A DNA stretch of 32,000 nt from contig OY970357.1 in NCBI GenBank assembly GCA_963718585.1, forward strand, positions 510,001 through 542,000, given 5' to 3'. The notes under the pieces were generated by a model. That model was not told where the DNA came from. It saw only the letters and a list, made by a program, of their open reading frames with translations, and made no database searches. A program made the position numbers and the translations under genes. This DNA comes from Candidatus Saccharimonadota bacterium. GTDB lineage: Bacteria; Patescibacteriota; Patescibacteriia; 2-12-FULL-60-25. Numbering within the stretch: the first letter of the stretch is position 1; each line of letters starts with the position of its first letter. Shown one piece after another: positions 14,334-22,542 of this stretch.

Positions 14334-16679
14334 TTATGTTTGATCCAAGAAGTCAGGTCCCTTGTGGGCAGACGGCTCAGGCGTCTGACCGGAGGCATGC
14401 GGAAGCTTCCCATGCGCCAACCGCTTATCCAGCGGATTCACACCGGTGGGTGGCGTCAACTCGATCTCAAAGGGCGCACGTCCGGGAGGCGGTGGCGTCG
14501 CCTGATTGACGGAGGAGGTCGCGCGCTTGAAGACGGTCACGCTCCGTGGATCTTGAGAAACGGTCTTCGGTGGAGATGATGGCTCCTCCGATGAAACACT
14601 CGGAACGTCTGGTAGGTGCTCGGCACGTGGCGGGCGATCTTTTTGTCTTTTTTGCCGTTTCCGTCCCCGGTCCTCTTCCCGCGAAGGTCGATCACCGGTC
14701 AACTTCGCCTTATCCGTCTCGATCGGCTTTCCCTTTGAACGGACAAGCTCACTCAAGAGCGAATCCTCATCATCCTGTCCGGTGACGATCCGGATCGTCC
14801 CCTTTGGGGGCGCGGGACGCGGAGGTTGCGAGAAGCGCGGACGATTCGGTTCCTGACGCTTGGCCGGGGCCTTGCCGCCCTCGACCGTCGCATACATCTC
14901 ATGTAGGCGCTGCTCTCCGTCGTTCGACATCTTCCCGTCTTCGACCTTGATCCCCGCCGTCTCCAGATCCTTTTTCCCACCGCGCAATACATTCCGCATG
15001 ACATGTGACTTGGATTTTTGTTCTTCTTTGATGATGGGCAAACACTCCGCGCAATACATGGGCCGCGACGGATCGAGCTGAATGGGCATATCCCATTCTT
15101 TCCCGCACCGGGAACACACATGTTTGAACATGGGCTTTTGCTTTTTCTGTCCCTGCGGGGTCTTCACGATGGATGCCAGGCGTTCGGGTGAGATCGTCAG
15201 ATACTCCCGCGCCTCCGTCGGTGCCGTCCCCTCGAGCGCTTCGACGCCTGCACGCGCATATTCAGGCGTCCCCGGCTTGAGTCGTGCCGGCACGCCGCCC
15301 AGATCCTCACGCGCGGCACGCTCCTCTTCGGTCATGATGTCCGGATACGAAATGCCCGACGTCCCCGCATCCAGCGGTCCTTCCATCCCGCTCCATTTCA
15401 AGACCTTTTGTTGGATCTCTGAACGCGGCGTGGCGTATCTCTCGCGTGAGACGGCAATGACCTTCTCCTCTGAATCCATCCGTTGCGCGATCGGAGGTAG
15501 CGTATTCGCGGAAAAAGGCGCCGTCGCGACCCCATCCACCATCAATTTGAGATAGACTTGGAACTTCGTCAGGTTCACAAGATCCTCGATCGTGTACGTC
15601 GGTAGAAACTCGTTCTCCATGAATTGCGCATCTTCCGCGCCGACACGAAAGGTGACGATGGTCCCCACGTTCCCGAACACCGCCCACGCCACCTCTTCCT
15701 CCAGCTGTTTGATGTATTGATGCGCGACCACGAGGTTCAGGCGGTATTTCCGCGCTTCAGAAAGGATGTTCGCAAAAGATTGGTTCGCGAAGTTCTGGAA
15801 CTCATCGACATACAGATAGAAATCACGACGGTCTTCCTCGTGCTTGATATCCACGCGCTCCATGGCCGCCATCTGGAGCTTGGTGATGATCATGCCACCC
15901 AAAAGGCGCATGTTATCCTCGCCGATCTTCCCCTTGGAGAGATTCACGATCAGGATCTTCCCTTCATCCATGACCTTGCGCGGATCGATCGTGGACTTGA
16001 CCTGAGCGACGATGTTCCGGATCACGGACGCGGACAAGAATTGCCCCACCTTATTCTGGACAGGTGCGATCGCCTCGGTCGCATATTTCTCGGACCAAGA
16101 CGAAAACTCCGCGACCCAGAACGTCTTCACGATCGGATCACGGATCTTTGCGATCACGCGCTTACGATACTCGATGTCAACGAGTAACCGATTGATGCCC
16201 AATAGCGTCGCCCCTGGATAATCCAGCAATGCGAGGACGCAATTCTGCAGAATGTACTCCATGCGCGCGCTCCAGACGTCGGGCCAGATCTTTTTGAACA
16301 CGCCCATGAGCCCGCTCGCGACCAAATGCTTCTTGTCATCATCAACGGTCTCGAGGATATTGAATCCGACCGGATAGTCGACATCCGCCGGATTGAAGTA
16401 CACGACGTCATTGATCCGATGCGAAGGGATATAATCCAGGATCTTCTCTGCCGTATCACCATGCGGATCCACGTAGCAGACGCCATGACCGGCGTGGATA
16501 TCGGACAAGACCATGTTCTCGATGAGCGTGGTCTTTCCCATCCCGGTCTTCCCGATGATGTAGATGTGACGGCGTCGATCGTCGGTCTTGATACCGAAAC
16601 GCTTCCGTTGGTTCCGGAAGTTCGTCTCTGCGAAGAGAGTGATCTCGTTTTCGTGGTCGTGGTTGTAATCGATTGCCAT
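14334..16679 (-). CDS. VirD4/TraD/TrwB-like (type IV coupling-protein-like, FtsK-HerA superfamily) P-loop ATPase with C-terminal CxxC-x17-CxxC zinc ribbon and long disordered basic/Pro-rich tail
   Basis: Walker A IIGKTGMGKTTL, VDPHGD, Walker B-like DFYLYVDEFQNF, RKYRLNLVVAHQY. Zinc ribbon CSRCGKEWDMPIQLDPSRPMYCAEC. The last ~350 aa are low complexity (RGRKRQKRQKDRPPR, PPPPGRAP). The track start (16724) is a TTG inside an intergenic hairpin; ATG at 16679 (MAIDYNHDHENEITLF) is preferred. Confidence 0.85.
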   Translation of the reverse strand: MAIDYNHDHENEITLFAETNFRNQRKRFGIKTDDRRRHIYIIGKTGMGKTTLIENMVLSDIHAGHGVCYVDPHGDTAEKILDYIPSHRINDVVYFNPADVDYPVGFNILETVDDDKKHLVASGLMGVFKKIWPDVWSARMEYILQNCVLALLDYPGATLLGINRLLVDIEYRKRVIAKIRDPIVKTFWVAEFSSWSEKYATEAIAPVQNKVGQFLSASVIRNIVAQVKSTIDPRKVMDEGKILIVNLSKGKIGEDNMRLLGGMIITKLQMAAMERVDIKHEEDRRDFYLYVDEFQNFANQSFANILSEARKYRLNLVVAHQYIKQLEEEVAWAVFGNVGTIVTFRVGAEDAQFMENEFLPTYTIEDLVNLTKFQVYLKLMVDGVATAPFSANTLPPIAQRMDSEEKVIAVSRERYATPRSEIQQKVLKWSGMEGPLDAGTSGISYPDIMTEEERAAREDLGGVPARLKPGTPEYARAGVEALEGTAPTEAREYLTISPERLASIVKTPQGQKKQKPMFKHVCSRCGKEWDMPIQLDPSRPMYCAECLPIIKEEQKSKSHVMRNVLRGGKKDLETAGIKVEDGKMSNDGEQRLHEMYATVEGGKAPAKRQEPNRPRFSQPPRPAPPKGTIRIVTGQDDEDSLLSELVRSKGKPIETDKAKLTGDRPSREEDRGRKRQKRQKDRPPRAEHLPDVPSVSSEEPSSPPKTVSQDPRSVTVFKRATSSVNQATPPPPGRAPFEIELTPPTGVNPLDKRLAHGKLPHASGQTPEPSAHKGPDFLDQT

Positions 16680-16714
16680 ACGGCGAGGGGAAGGAACGGA
16701 CGAAAGAGCGTATG

Positions 16715-16789
16715 AAAATTCCAAATCTCAACACCCAAATCCGGAACAGATGAAAGAGCGAGGATTTGGATTTTGCGATCTGGAATTTT
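16715..16789 (-). promoter_or_regulatory. 75-nt AU-rich nested hairpin between the membrane-partner gene and the ATPase gene
   Basis: The outer arms AAAATTCCAAATCTC (16715-16729) and GATCTGGAATTTT (16777-16789) form 13 bp with one G-U. The inner arms CCAAATCC (16735-16742) and GGATTTGG (16762-16769) form 8 perfect bp. The loop is 19 nt. Confidence 0.45.
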
Positions 16790-16822
16790 TCGCTGACGCA
16801 AGCCAGTATACGCCCGCCGGTA

Positions 16823-18154
16823 TCACGGCGCAAACGGCAGATTGGCGGGTGGTTCCGTTCGTTTTGCTTCTGTCTTCTTCAACTGCGGCGTCTTCACCTG
16901 CAGGGAGTGCGGGAAATGCCACAACGTCGCCAATTCTTCGGTGCAAAGATGGAACGCGTTGAGCCCCGCCCAGTTGGAACGGCTCCGATACGCACGAAGG
17001 AACCGATTTTTCCGGCCATTGTTCCGCGATTTCTTGAACCACCACAACGCCCCGCTCATCCCGACGCGCTTGGTCTCGGGTTTGAGCGACTGCATGTTGT
17101 TCGTATTGAACTGTTTGATCGCACCGATGAATGGATACACGATGTGCGCCTTGCTCATCACCTGTTTCTTCGCCACATAGAGGAACCGGATCTTACACAG
17201 ATAGCCGATCTTGGAGACCTTATTCTCAACCGCACTCACAATGTCCCGTTCCGCCGTGGTCATATGCGCCAACTTCGAAGGCGGTTGCTCCTTTTTGATC
17301 ACCGGCTTCGAGTCCCCGCCTCCGCCGAGGAGCGTCTCCGATACCGCCCCCAAGGCTTTCAGGGGAAGATCCGCCGCATGATCGAGCATGGTCGGCTTTG
17401 ACGGCGTGATGCGACCGGTCAGCTTCTTCACCAGCGCCTCTCCCCGGTGTTGATACGCTTTTTGGTCGATCGGTGTGAGGACGATCTGATACCACGCCTG
17501 CTCGCCAGGTCCGAGACGCGAAAAACTCTCAAGGAGCGCCGAAAGCGGATCCTTGAACTCCAATGTGATGCGGTCTTCGAATTGCGTGTAGGTCTTGAGT
17601 GGGAGCACATCTTCGCTCCCCTTTCGTACCGGGGTCATCTCCGTCCCCCACAGGTCCCATTCCTCATCCGGATAGTGCTGTGGCACCTTCGCGGCGTAAT
17701 CTTCGACCTCCACGATCTCCGCATCCGGATACTGGGAATAGATCGCCGCCTCTACGATGTCCCGCAACGGTCGCGTCGTTCGGACCAGGAATTGGACGTG
17801 CCCTTCGATGGTGATGATCTCCATGGAGATCGTGTCCTGGGTTCGACCGACGATGTAGTTCTCGGTCCAGGTATTCGGCGCATGCGCCCCAGCGAGATAT
17901 GCGAACATGTTCTCGACCGCGCGCGGTCCTTGCTCGGAGGTCCGCGGAACATCGATCGCAAGGACGATGTACTCCTTGGCGGCGCCATACTTTGCCTGCC
18001 GTGATCCCTGGAACATCTTTACCGTCACCCATAAGGCGAACCACAACAAAATGAGCCACCCCCCATTGATGAGGAGGAAGAACATCGCCTGGAACGGGTT
18101 GTTCCCGATCTGGGCGATGAAGGCGGTCCAGTCAAACGCGAATAAGCCGTTCAT
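16823..18154 (-). CDS. membrane protein of unknown function, partner of the coupling-protein-like ATPase
   Basis: 443 aa with N-terminal TM segment FQAMFFLLINGGWLILLWFALWVTV followed by a large soluble region. C-terminal motif EELATLWHFPHS. No catalytic motif recognised. First gene after the secF terminator. Confidence 0.8.
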   Translation of the reverse strand: MNGLFAFDWTAFIAQIGNNPFQAMFFLLINGGWLILLWFALWVTVKMFQGSRQAKYGAAKEYIVLAIDVPRTSEQGPRAVENMFAYLAGAHAPNTWTENYIVGRTQDTISMEIITIEGHVQFLVRTTRPLRDIVEAAIYSQYPDAEIVEVEDYAAKVPQHYPDEEWDLWGTEMTPVRKGSEDVLPLKTYTQFEDRITLEFKDPLSALLESFSRLGPGEQAWYQIVLTPIDQKAYQHRGEALVKKLTGRITPSKPTMLDHAADLPLKALGAVSETLLGGGGDSKPVIKKEQPPSKLAHMTTAERDIVSAVENKVSKIGYLCKIRFLYVAKKQVMSKAHIVYPFIGAIKQFNTNNMQSLKPETKRVGMSGALWWFKKSRNNGRKNRFLRAYRSRSNWAGLNAFHLCTEELATLWHFPHSLQVKTPQLKKTEAKRTEPPANLPFAP

Positions 18155-18168
18155 GTTTTATCGACGAA

Positions 18169-18197
18169 AGGATAGCACGCGGACGCAGCACGATAAA
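18169..18197 (-). promoter_or_regulatory. possible promoter of the membrane-protein/ATPase module
   Basis: Minus strand reads TTTATC (18197-18192), a 17-nt spacer, then TATCCT (18174-18169), 14 nt upstream of ATG 18154. The -35 is weak. Confidence 0.3.
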
Positions 18198-18198
18198 G

Positions 18199-18241
18199 AG
18201 AAAAAAGACGCCCTCGGCCCATAAGGAGGCGAGAGCGTCTT
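18199..18241 (-). terminator. intrinsic terminator of secDF
   Basis: Minus strand reads AAGACGCTCTCG...CGAGGGCGTCTT (12-bp stem with one G-U, plus coordinates 18205-18241) followed by TTTTTT. It sits 17 nt downstream of the secF stop. Confidence 0.65.
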
Positions 18242-18257
18242 TGGTGCCTGTGCAGCT

Positions 18258-19160
18258 TTATTTTCGTTTGTTCTCGATCTTCTTCTTGCTCCAGTTCCGC
18301 CAGGTCACGAGGAGCGGTGAAGCGATGAAGATGGACGAATAGGTTCCCGTCAGGATCCCGATGATGAGCGCCAGGGCGAAGTCTCGAATGGAGACACCGC
18401 CAAAGAGATACACGGCGAAAAGCGACAACACCGTGGTCATGGAGGTGTTGAACGACCGCAGGATGGTCTGATGCACGGAACGCTCAACGATATCTTCGAA
18501 CGCGCCAGACGTCTTTTGCAGATTCTCACGTACACGGTCAAGCACGACGATCGTGTCGTTGATCGAATACCCCATGATCGTCAGAAGCGCGGCGATGAAC
18601 GGTGTCCCGATCTCAGTGCCGAAATATTTTCCAAAGAGTACGAAGACCCCGATCGGGATGGCCACGTCATGGAACGCGGTCACGATGACGATCACGCCAT
18701 ACTTCCAGCTCTGCACCGGTGCGGAGACCTTGCGGAACGTGTACGCGATGTAGAGCAGGATCGCGATGAAGACGATCGCAAGCGCCTTGGCAGAATTTTG
18801 ACGGAGTTCGACCCCGATCGACGGGCCGATGGAATTATATTGCAGTTCTGTGACGTTCTGATACGTATCATCCAGCGTCTTCACGACCTGCTGATGCTCG
18901 TCCTCGGTCAATGTCTTTGACCGGATGTTCATGTCCGTATCCCCGACCGGCTGGATGACCAGTGACCCGAGATCCATCGGTTGCAAGGTCTTATCGACCT
19001 CGACCGGTGACGGACGATGTTCAAAACGGACGGCGAGGAGCGAGCCTCCCGTGAAGTCGATCCCCTGCTTCAGTCCGAACGTCGCGAAGAGGACGATGGA
19101 CGCGCCGACGAGCGTGCCGGAGAGGATGTACCAGAGCCAACGGAGTTTGATGATCTTCAT
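18258..19160 (-). CDS. secF: protein translocase subunit SecF
   Basis: GIDFTGGSLL, six-TM profile, YSINDTIVVLDRVRE motif; immediately downstream of secD. Confidence 0.93.
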   Translation of the reverse strand: MKIIKLRWLWYILSGTLVGASIVLFATFGLKQGIDFTGGSLLAVRFEHRPSPVEVDKTLQPMDLGSLVIQPVGDTDMNIRSKTLTEDEHQQVVKTLDDTYQNVTELQYNSIGPSIGVELRQNSAKALAIVFIAILLYIAYTFRKVSAPVQSWKYGVIVIVTAFHDVAIPIGVFVLFGKYFGTEIGTPFIAALLTIMGYSINDTIVVLDRVRENLQKTSGAFEDIVERSVHQTILRSFNTSMTTVLSLFAVYLFGGVSIRDFALALIIGILTGTYSSIFIASPLLVTWRNWSKKKIENKRK

Positions 19161-19165
19161 ACGGT

Positions 19166-21220
19166 TTATTCGTCGGAGGTCTTCTTATGCATGAAGAGCC
19201 ACGGCATCTTTGCCGGCAATCGGGTCCCGAGGATGCTCCGCAGGAATGTCCGGGTCACGAAAATGGCAGTGAACAGCGAGACCATGACACCGATCGCCAG
19301 GGTCAATGCGAATCCCTTGATCGATGCGGAGGTGAACATATACAGCACTGCACATGCGATCAACGTCGTCGCGTTCCCGTCTCGGATGGAAGGCCAGGCG
19401 CGCTTGAATCCTTCTTCCAAAGCCGTGACCGGTGAACGACCGCTCTTCAATTCTTCTTTGAGACGTTCAAAGACCAGGACATTCGCATCTACGGCGATAC
19501 CGAGCGACAGGATGAAACCCGCGATTCCGGAGAGCGTCAATGTGACGGGCACGAGCTTGAAGATCGCCCCGGACACGCCCACGTAGAGGACCAAGGCGAA
19601 GATCGCAAAGAGCCCCGGCAGTCGGTACCAGAAGAGCATGAACAGGGCGATGAAGAGGAAGCCATACAGACCTGCCACGAGCGATTTGTTGACGGAATCC
19701 TTTCCAAGCGTCGGACCGACCGTCTCTTGGGACACCAAGTTGATCGGGACCGGGAGCGCACCGGCTTGGAGGCGTTGCGCAAGCTGTTTCGCGTCATCGA
19801 TCGTGAAATTCCCGTTGATGACGGCCTGACCGTTCGGGATCTCGGTCTGCACGACCGGCTCGGAGATCGGCGTTCCATCGAGGAAGATCGCGACCGGCTT
19901 GCCGACGTTGCGCTTGGTGATGTCCGCGAAAAGCTTGGTCCCTTCATCGTTGAACTGGAGCGAGACCTGCGCCGAACCCGACTGCTGATCGAAGTCGAGC
20001 TGCGCGTGCTGAAGCTGCTTCCCCGTCAGGCCCGTGGACTTCCACTGATCCGGCGACGGGACAAAATCGGTCGTCACTGACTTCTTATAGTAAATGACCC
20101 GTGGTCGGATATCGTACACCGGCCGTTCATCCGTTTTGAGGATGATGTGATATCCGAATGGCGTTTCCACGACATCGGAGATCTGTCCTTTTTGGAGCTT
20201 AAAGGCCGCATCTTCGAACGCCGGGACCATATCGCCCTTGCCGAACCAGCCGAGATCACCTCCGCTTTGTGCTGCACCGGGTTCCTGCGAATATTTCTTG
20301 GCCATGGCCGCGAAATTCTCCGGCGTGAGTTGCTTGAGGATCTCCTCCGCCTTCGCCTTGGCCTGATCTTTGGTCATGGTCGTGGAAGACGGCGTACTCT
20401 GCGCACCCGCGTACTGGATCAGGATATGACTCGCGCGGACTTCCTGACCCGCCTCTTTGACGTCCTCGATCTTCGCGACAACGTACACGTCCTGCGCATC
20501 CAGCACCTGCGGGACCACGGTCCCGGTCGTGTGGTAGTCCTTGATCTCACTATAGAGCGGCGCGTACTGCGGTTTGTCCTTGATGAAACCGAGATCCCCG
20601 CCCGCGGCTTTGACCGCATCGTCATACGAATGATCACGTGCCATCGCCTCGACCGTGGAGGGATCCGCGATCGCCTTGGCGAGGTCCGCCTCTGCCTTCT
20701 TCTTGATCGCCACGTTGTTCGCATCCATCTGCTTCTGTTCATCCGCGGTCAATGGTCGGGTCGGCTCCGTATTCTGCTCCTTGAACTCGAGCGTCGGCGT
20801 CTCCCCAATGAGTTTGATCGCCTGATTCACGTCACTGATGCCCGCCAGCTCGACCGTGACGCGCCATGACGCCCCCGAGCGGGCCGTGGTCACGAGCGGC
20901 TCGGAAACACCCAACGAGTTCACGCGGCGTTCAATGACGTCGCGAACGCCGTCTACCGCGCTCTGACGGTCTGCCTGCGGCACTTTGCTCACATCCGCCT
21001 CGTACTCGAGATGTGTCCCTCCTTGGAGATCCAGACCGAGGACGTAGCCTTTATCGATATGACCGAGGTGGAATCCGAACCACGAATCGATCTTATCGAT
21101 GACCGTATTGGCGGCCGGTGGATAGGTTATGGCCCCCACGGCGAGGGCGAGAACGATCAGCGCATAAATGCGCTTTTTGATGGCGGCGCGGGAAAGCGTC
21201 CGAGAAGCCGGTTTAGACAT
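19166..21220 (-). CDS. secD: protein translocase subunit SecD carrying an inserted parvulin-type peptidyl-prolyl isomerase region in the periplasmic P1 domain
   Basis: SecD motifs LGLDLQGGTHLEYE, GKPVAIFLDGTPISEPVVQTEI..GNFT..AKQLAQRLQAGALPVP and GIAVDANVLVFERLKEE flank residues ~150-380. That stretch contains a canonical parvulin domain: VRASHILIQ...FAAMAKKYSQEPGAAQSGGDLGWFGKGDMVPAFEDAAF...ETPFGYHIILK. Confidence 0.92.
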   Translation of the reverse strand: MSKPASRTLSRAAIKKRIYALIVLALAVGAITYPPAANTVIDKIDSWFGFHLGHIDKGYVLGLDLQGGTHLEYEADVSKVPQADRQSAVDGVRDVIERRVNSLGVSEPLVTTARSGASWRVTVELAGISDVNQAIKLIGETPTLEFKEQNTEPTRPLTADEQKQMDANNVAIKKKAEADLAKAIADPSTVEAMARDHSYDDAVKAAGGDLGFIKDKPQYAPLYSEIKDYHTTGTVVPQVLDAQDVYVVAKIEDVKEAGQEVRASHILIQYAGAQSTPSSTTMTKDQAKAKAEEILKQLTPENFAAMAKKYSQEPGAAQSGGDLGWFGKGDMVPAFEDAAFKLQKGQISDVVETPFGYHIILKTDERPVYDIRPRVIYYKKSVTTDFVPSPDQWKSTGLTGKQLQHAQLDFDQQSGSAQVSLQFNDEGTKLFADITKRNVGKPVAIFLDGTPISEPVVQTEIPNGQAVINGNFTIDDAKQLAQRLQAGALPVPINLVSQETVGPTLGKDSVNKSLVAGLYGFLFIALFMLFWYRLPGLFAIFALVLYVGVSGAIFKLVPVTLTLSGIAGFILSLGIAVDANVLVFERLKEELKSGRSPVTALEEGFKRAWPSIRDGNATTLIACAVLYMFTSASIKGFALTLAIGVMVSLFTAIFVTRTFLRSILGTRLPAKMPWLFMHKKTSDE

Positions 21221-21235
21221 AGTCGAATGGCCGAA

Positions 21236-21264
21236 AGTCTAGCGGAATGGCGCGAAAGACACAA
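21236..21264 (-). promoter_or_regulatory. possible secD promoter
   Basis: Minus strand reads TTGTGT (21264-21259), a 17-nt spacer, then TAGACT (21241-21236), 15 nt upstream of ATG 21220. Confidence 0.35.
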
Positions 21265-21292
21265 GAGACGCCGGATGCTACCCTTTGGCCGT

Positions 21293-21832
21293 ATGCATGC
21301 GATCATCGGATTCCTGGGCCCAAGCGGGGCCGGAAAGACCACGCTCATGTTCGAGATGATACGCCGCCATCCGGACCGATACGGCCTCGTGACGTCACTC
21401 ACGACGCGTCCGTCACGCGGTCCGGACGACGACCGCGTCTTCCGTCGCGCTTCGCATGGAGAGATCAAACGGATGAAGGAGGCCGGCGAACTGTTCCAGA
21501 TCAGCGAATACGCCGGGAATCTATACGCGAACGATCGTGCGTCCGTAGATACTTTGCTGGCGGAAAAGATCGGGATGATGGCGATCGTCGAGATGGGGAT
21601 CCGTCACTTCCGCGTCGCCGGATATCACGTCATCGTCGTACGCGTCGTGCCAGAAGGGAATGTGACACCACCCGTGGACCGCCCCGCACCGGACACGATC
21701 CGGAAACAGGAAGATGCGGAACGCGCATCTCAAGAGATGCCCGCGGATCTCACGGTCGTAAACTCCTTCGCAAATGGTGGGAAAGAAAAAGCGATCGAGG
21801 ACCTCGAACGCTTTCTTGCGGGGATCGATTAA
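21293..21832 (+). CDS. gmk: guanylate kinase family protein
   Basis: MHAIIGFLGPSGAGKTTLMFEM (P-loop), TTRPSRGPDDD...F, EYAGNLYAN. The track ORF starts at 21011, inside secD on the opposite strand, so an internal start is needed. ATG 21293 is preceded by a -10-like TACCCT 8 nt upstream; 21275 and 21227 are alternatives. Confidence 0.8.
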   Translation: MHAIIGFLGPSGAGKTTLMFEMIRRHPDRYGLVTSLTTRPSRGPDDDRVFRRASHGEIKRMKEAGELFQISEYAGNLYANDRASVDTLLAEKIGMMAIVEMGIRHFRVAGYHVIVVRVVPEGNVTPPVDRPAPDTIRKQEDAERASQEMPADLTVVNSFANGGKEKAIEDLERFLAGID

Positions 21833-22134
21833 TCCTCTTCCAACACGATCCGGCCGGCGAATCCGCCGCGTTCCGCGTTCTTTTTCGCTTTAATGGCCTG
21901 AACATCCTCCGCAGACCACCCGTTGAAGGCACAGAGCGCATCAAGGACTTCAAGGACATCAGCGACTTCGCCGCGATCCATGTCCGTGATCAGTTCCTCT
22001 GTTTCTTCGCGCAGTTTTTCTTTCAATCGTTCGAGAAATTCCGCATCATCAGCAACGTGCGTCTTCGCGACTCTCCCATCAGCGGCGATGACCTCCGGGA
22101 TCCTATCGCGCACGAGTTTGTTGTACGTCGTCAT
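21829..22134 (-). CDS. MazG-like nucleoside triphosphate pyrophosphohydrolase (small all-alpha NTP-PPase)
   Basis: MTTYNKLVRDRIPEVIAADG...EFLERLKEKLREETEEL...EVADVLEVLDAL is the characteristic KLVRDRIP N-terminus and EExxE/D metal-binding helix pattern of the MazG/HisE-like superfamily. Its stop overlaps the gmk stop by 4 nt (convergent). Confidence 0.7.
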   Translation of the reverse strand: MTTYNKLVRDRIPEVIAADGRVAKTHVADDAEFLERLKEKLREETEELITDMDRGEVADVLEVLDALCAFNGWSAEDVQAIKAKKNAERGGFAGRIVLEED

Positions 22135-22541
22135 ATCTTCGTGAGGTCACCGTTCAGAATAACAGGTTTCATCGCTTCCATCTCGGTCTTGTAATACGGC
22201 ATATCCGGAATGGGATTGAGAAGATAGATCTTTTGATCAAGTACGTGCGCAAATCCCATTTCCAGGAACGTATTGCCGCCGATGTAGTTCGCGATCCCGT
22301 GCTTATCGTAATTCGCGACGAGGACGGCATCCGCGCCCTGCATCTTCCGCCAGAATAGACGGATCGCATCCTTGTTCTGCTTCTGATCGATCTTGATCGC
22401 CTCCTTCTCTTCGTCCGTCTTGCCGACGAACGGCGATGCGAGGTCGGTCATGAACGCGTCATGCCCCAGATCCTTCAGCGCATCACAAAGCGCCATCATC
22501 CGCTCCGTATTCTGCATGCTTCCGATCACGCCGATCCGCAT
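22131..22541 (-). CDS. nucleoside 2-deoxyribosyltransferase-like protein (paralog 1)
   Basis: Flavodoxin-like N-terminus MRIGVIGSM, then ADAVLVANYDKHGIANYIGGNTFLEMGFAHVLDQKIYLL, resembling the NDT/DNPH1 (Rcl) core with a conserved Glu after a Gly-rich turn. Confidence 0.55.
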   Translation of the reverse strand: MRIGVIGSMQNTERMMALCDALKDLGHDAFMTDLASPFVGKTDEEKEAIKIDQKQNKDAIRLFWRKMQGADAVLVANYDKHGIANYIGGNTFLEMGFAHVLDQKIYLLNPIPDMPYYKTEMEAMKPVILNGDLTKI

Positions 22542-22542
22542 A

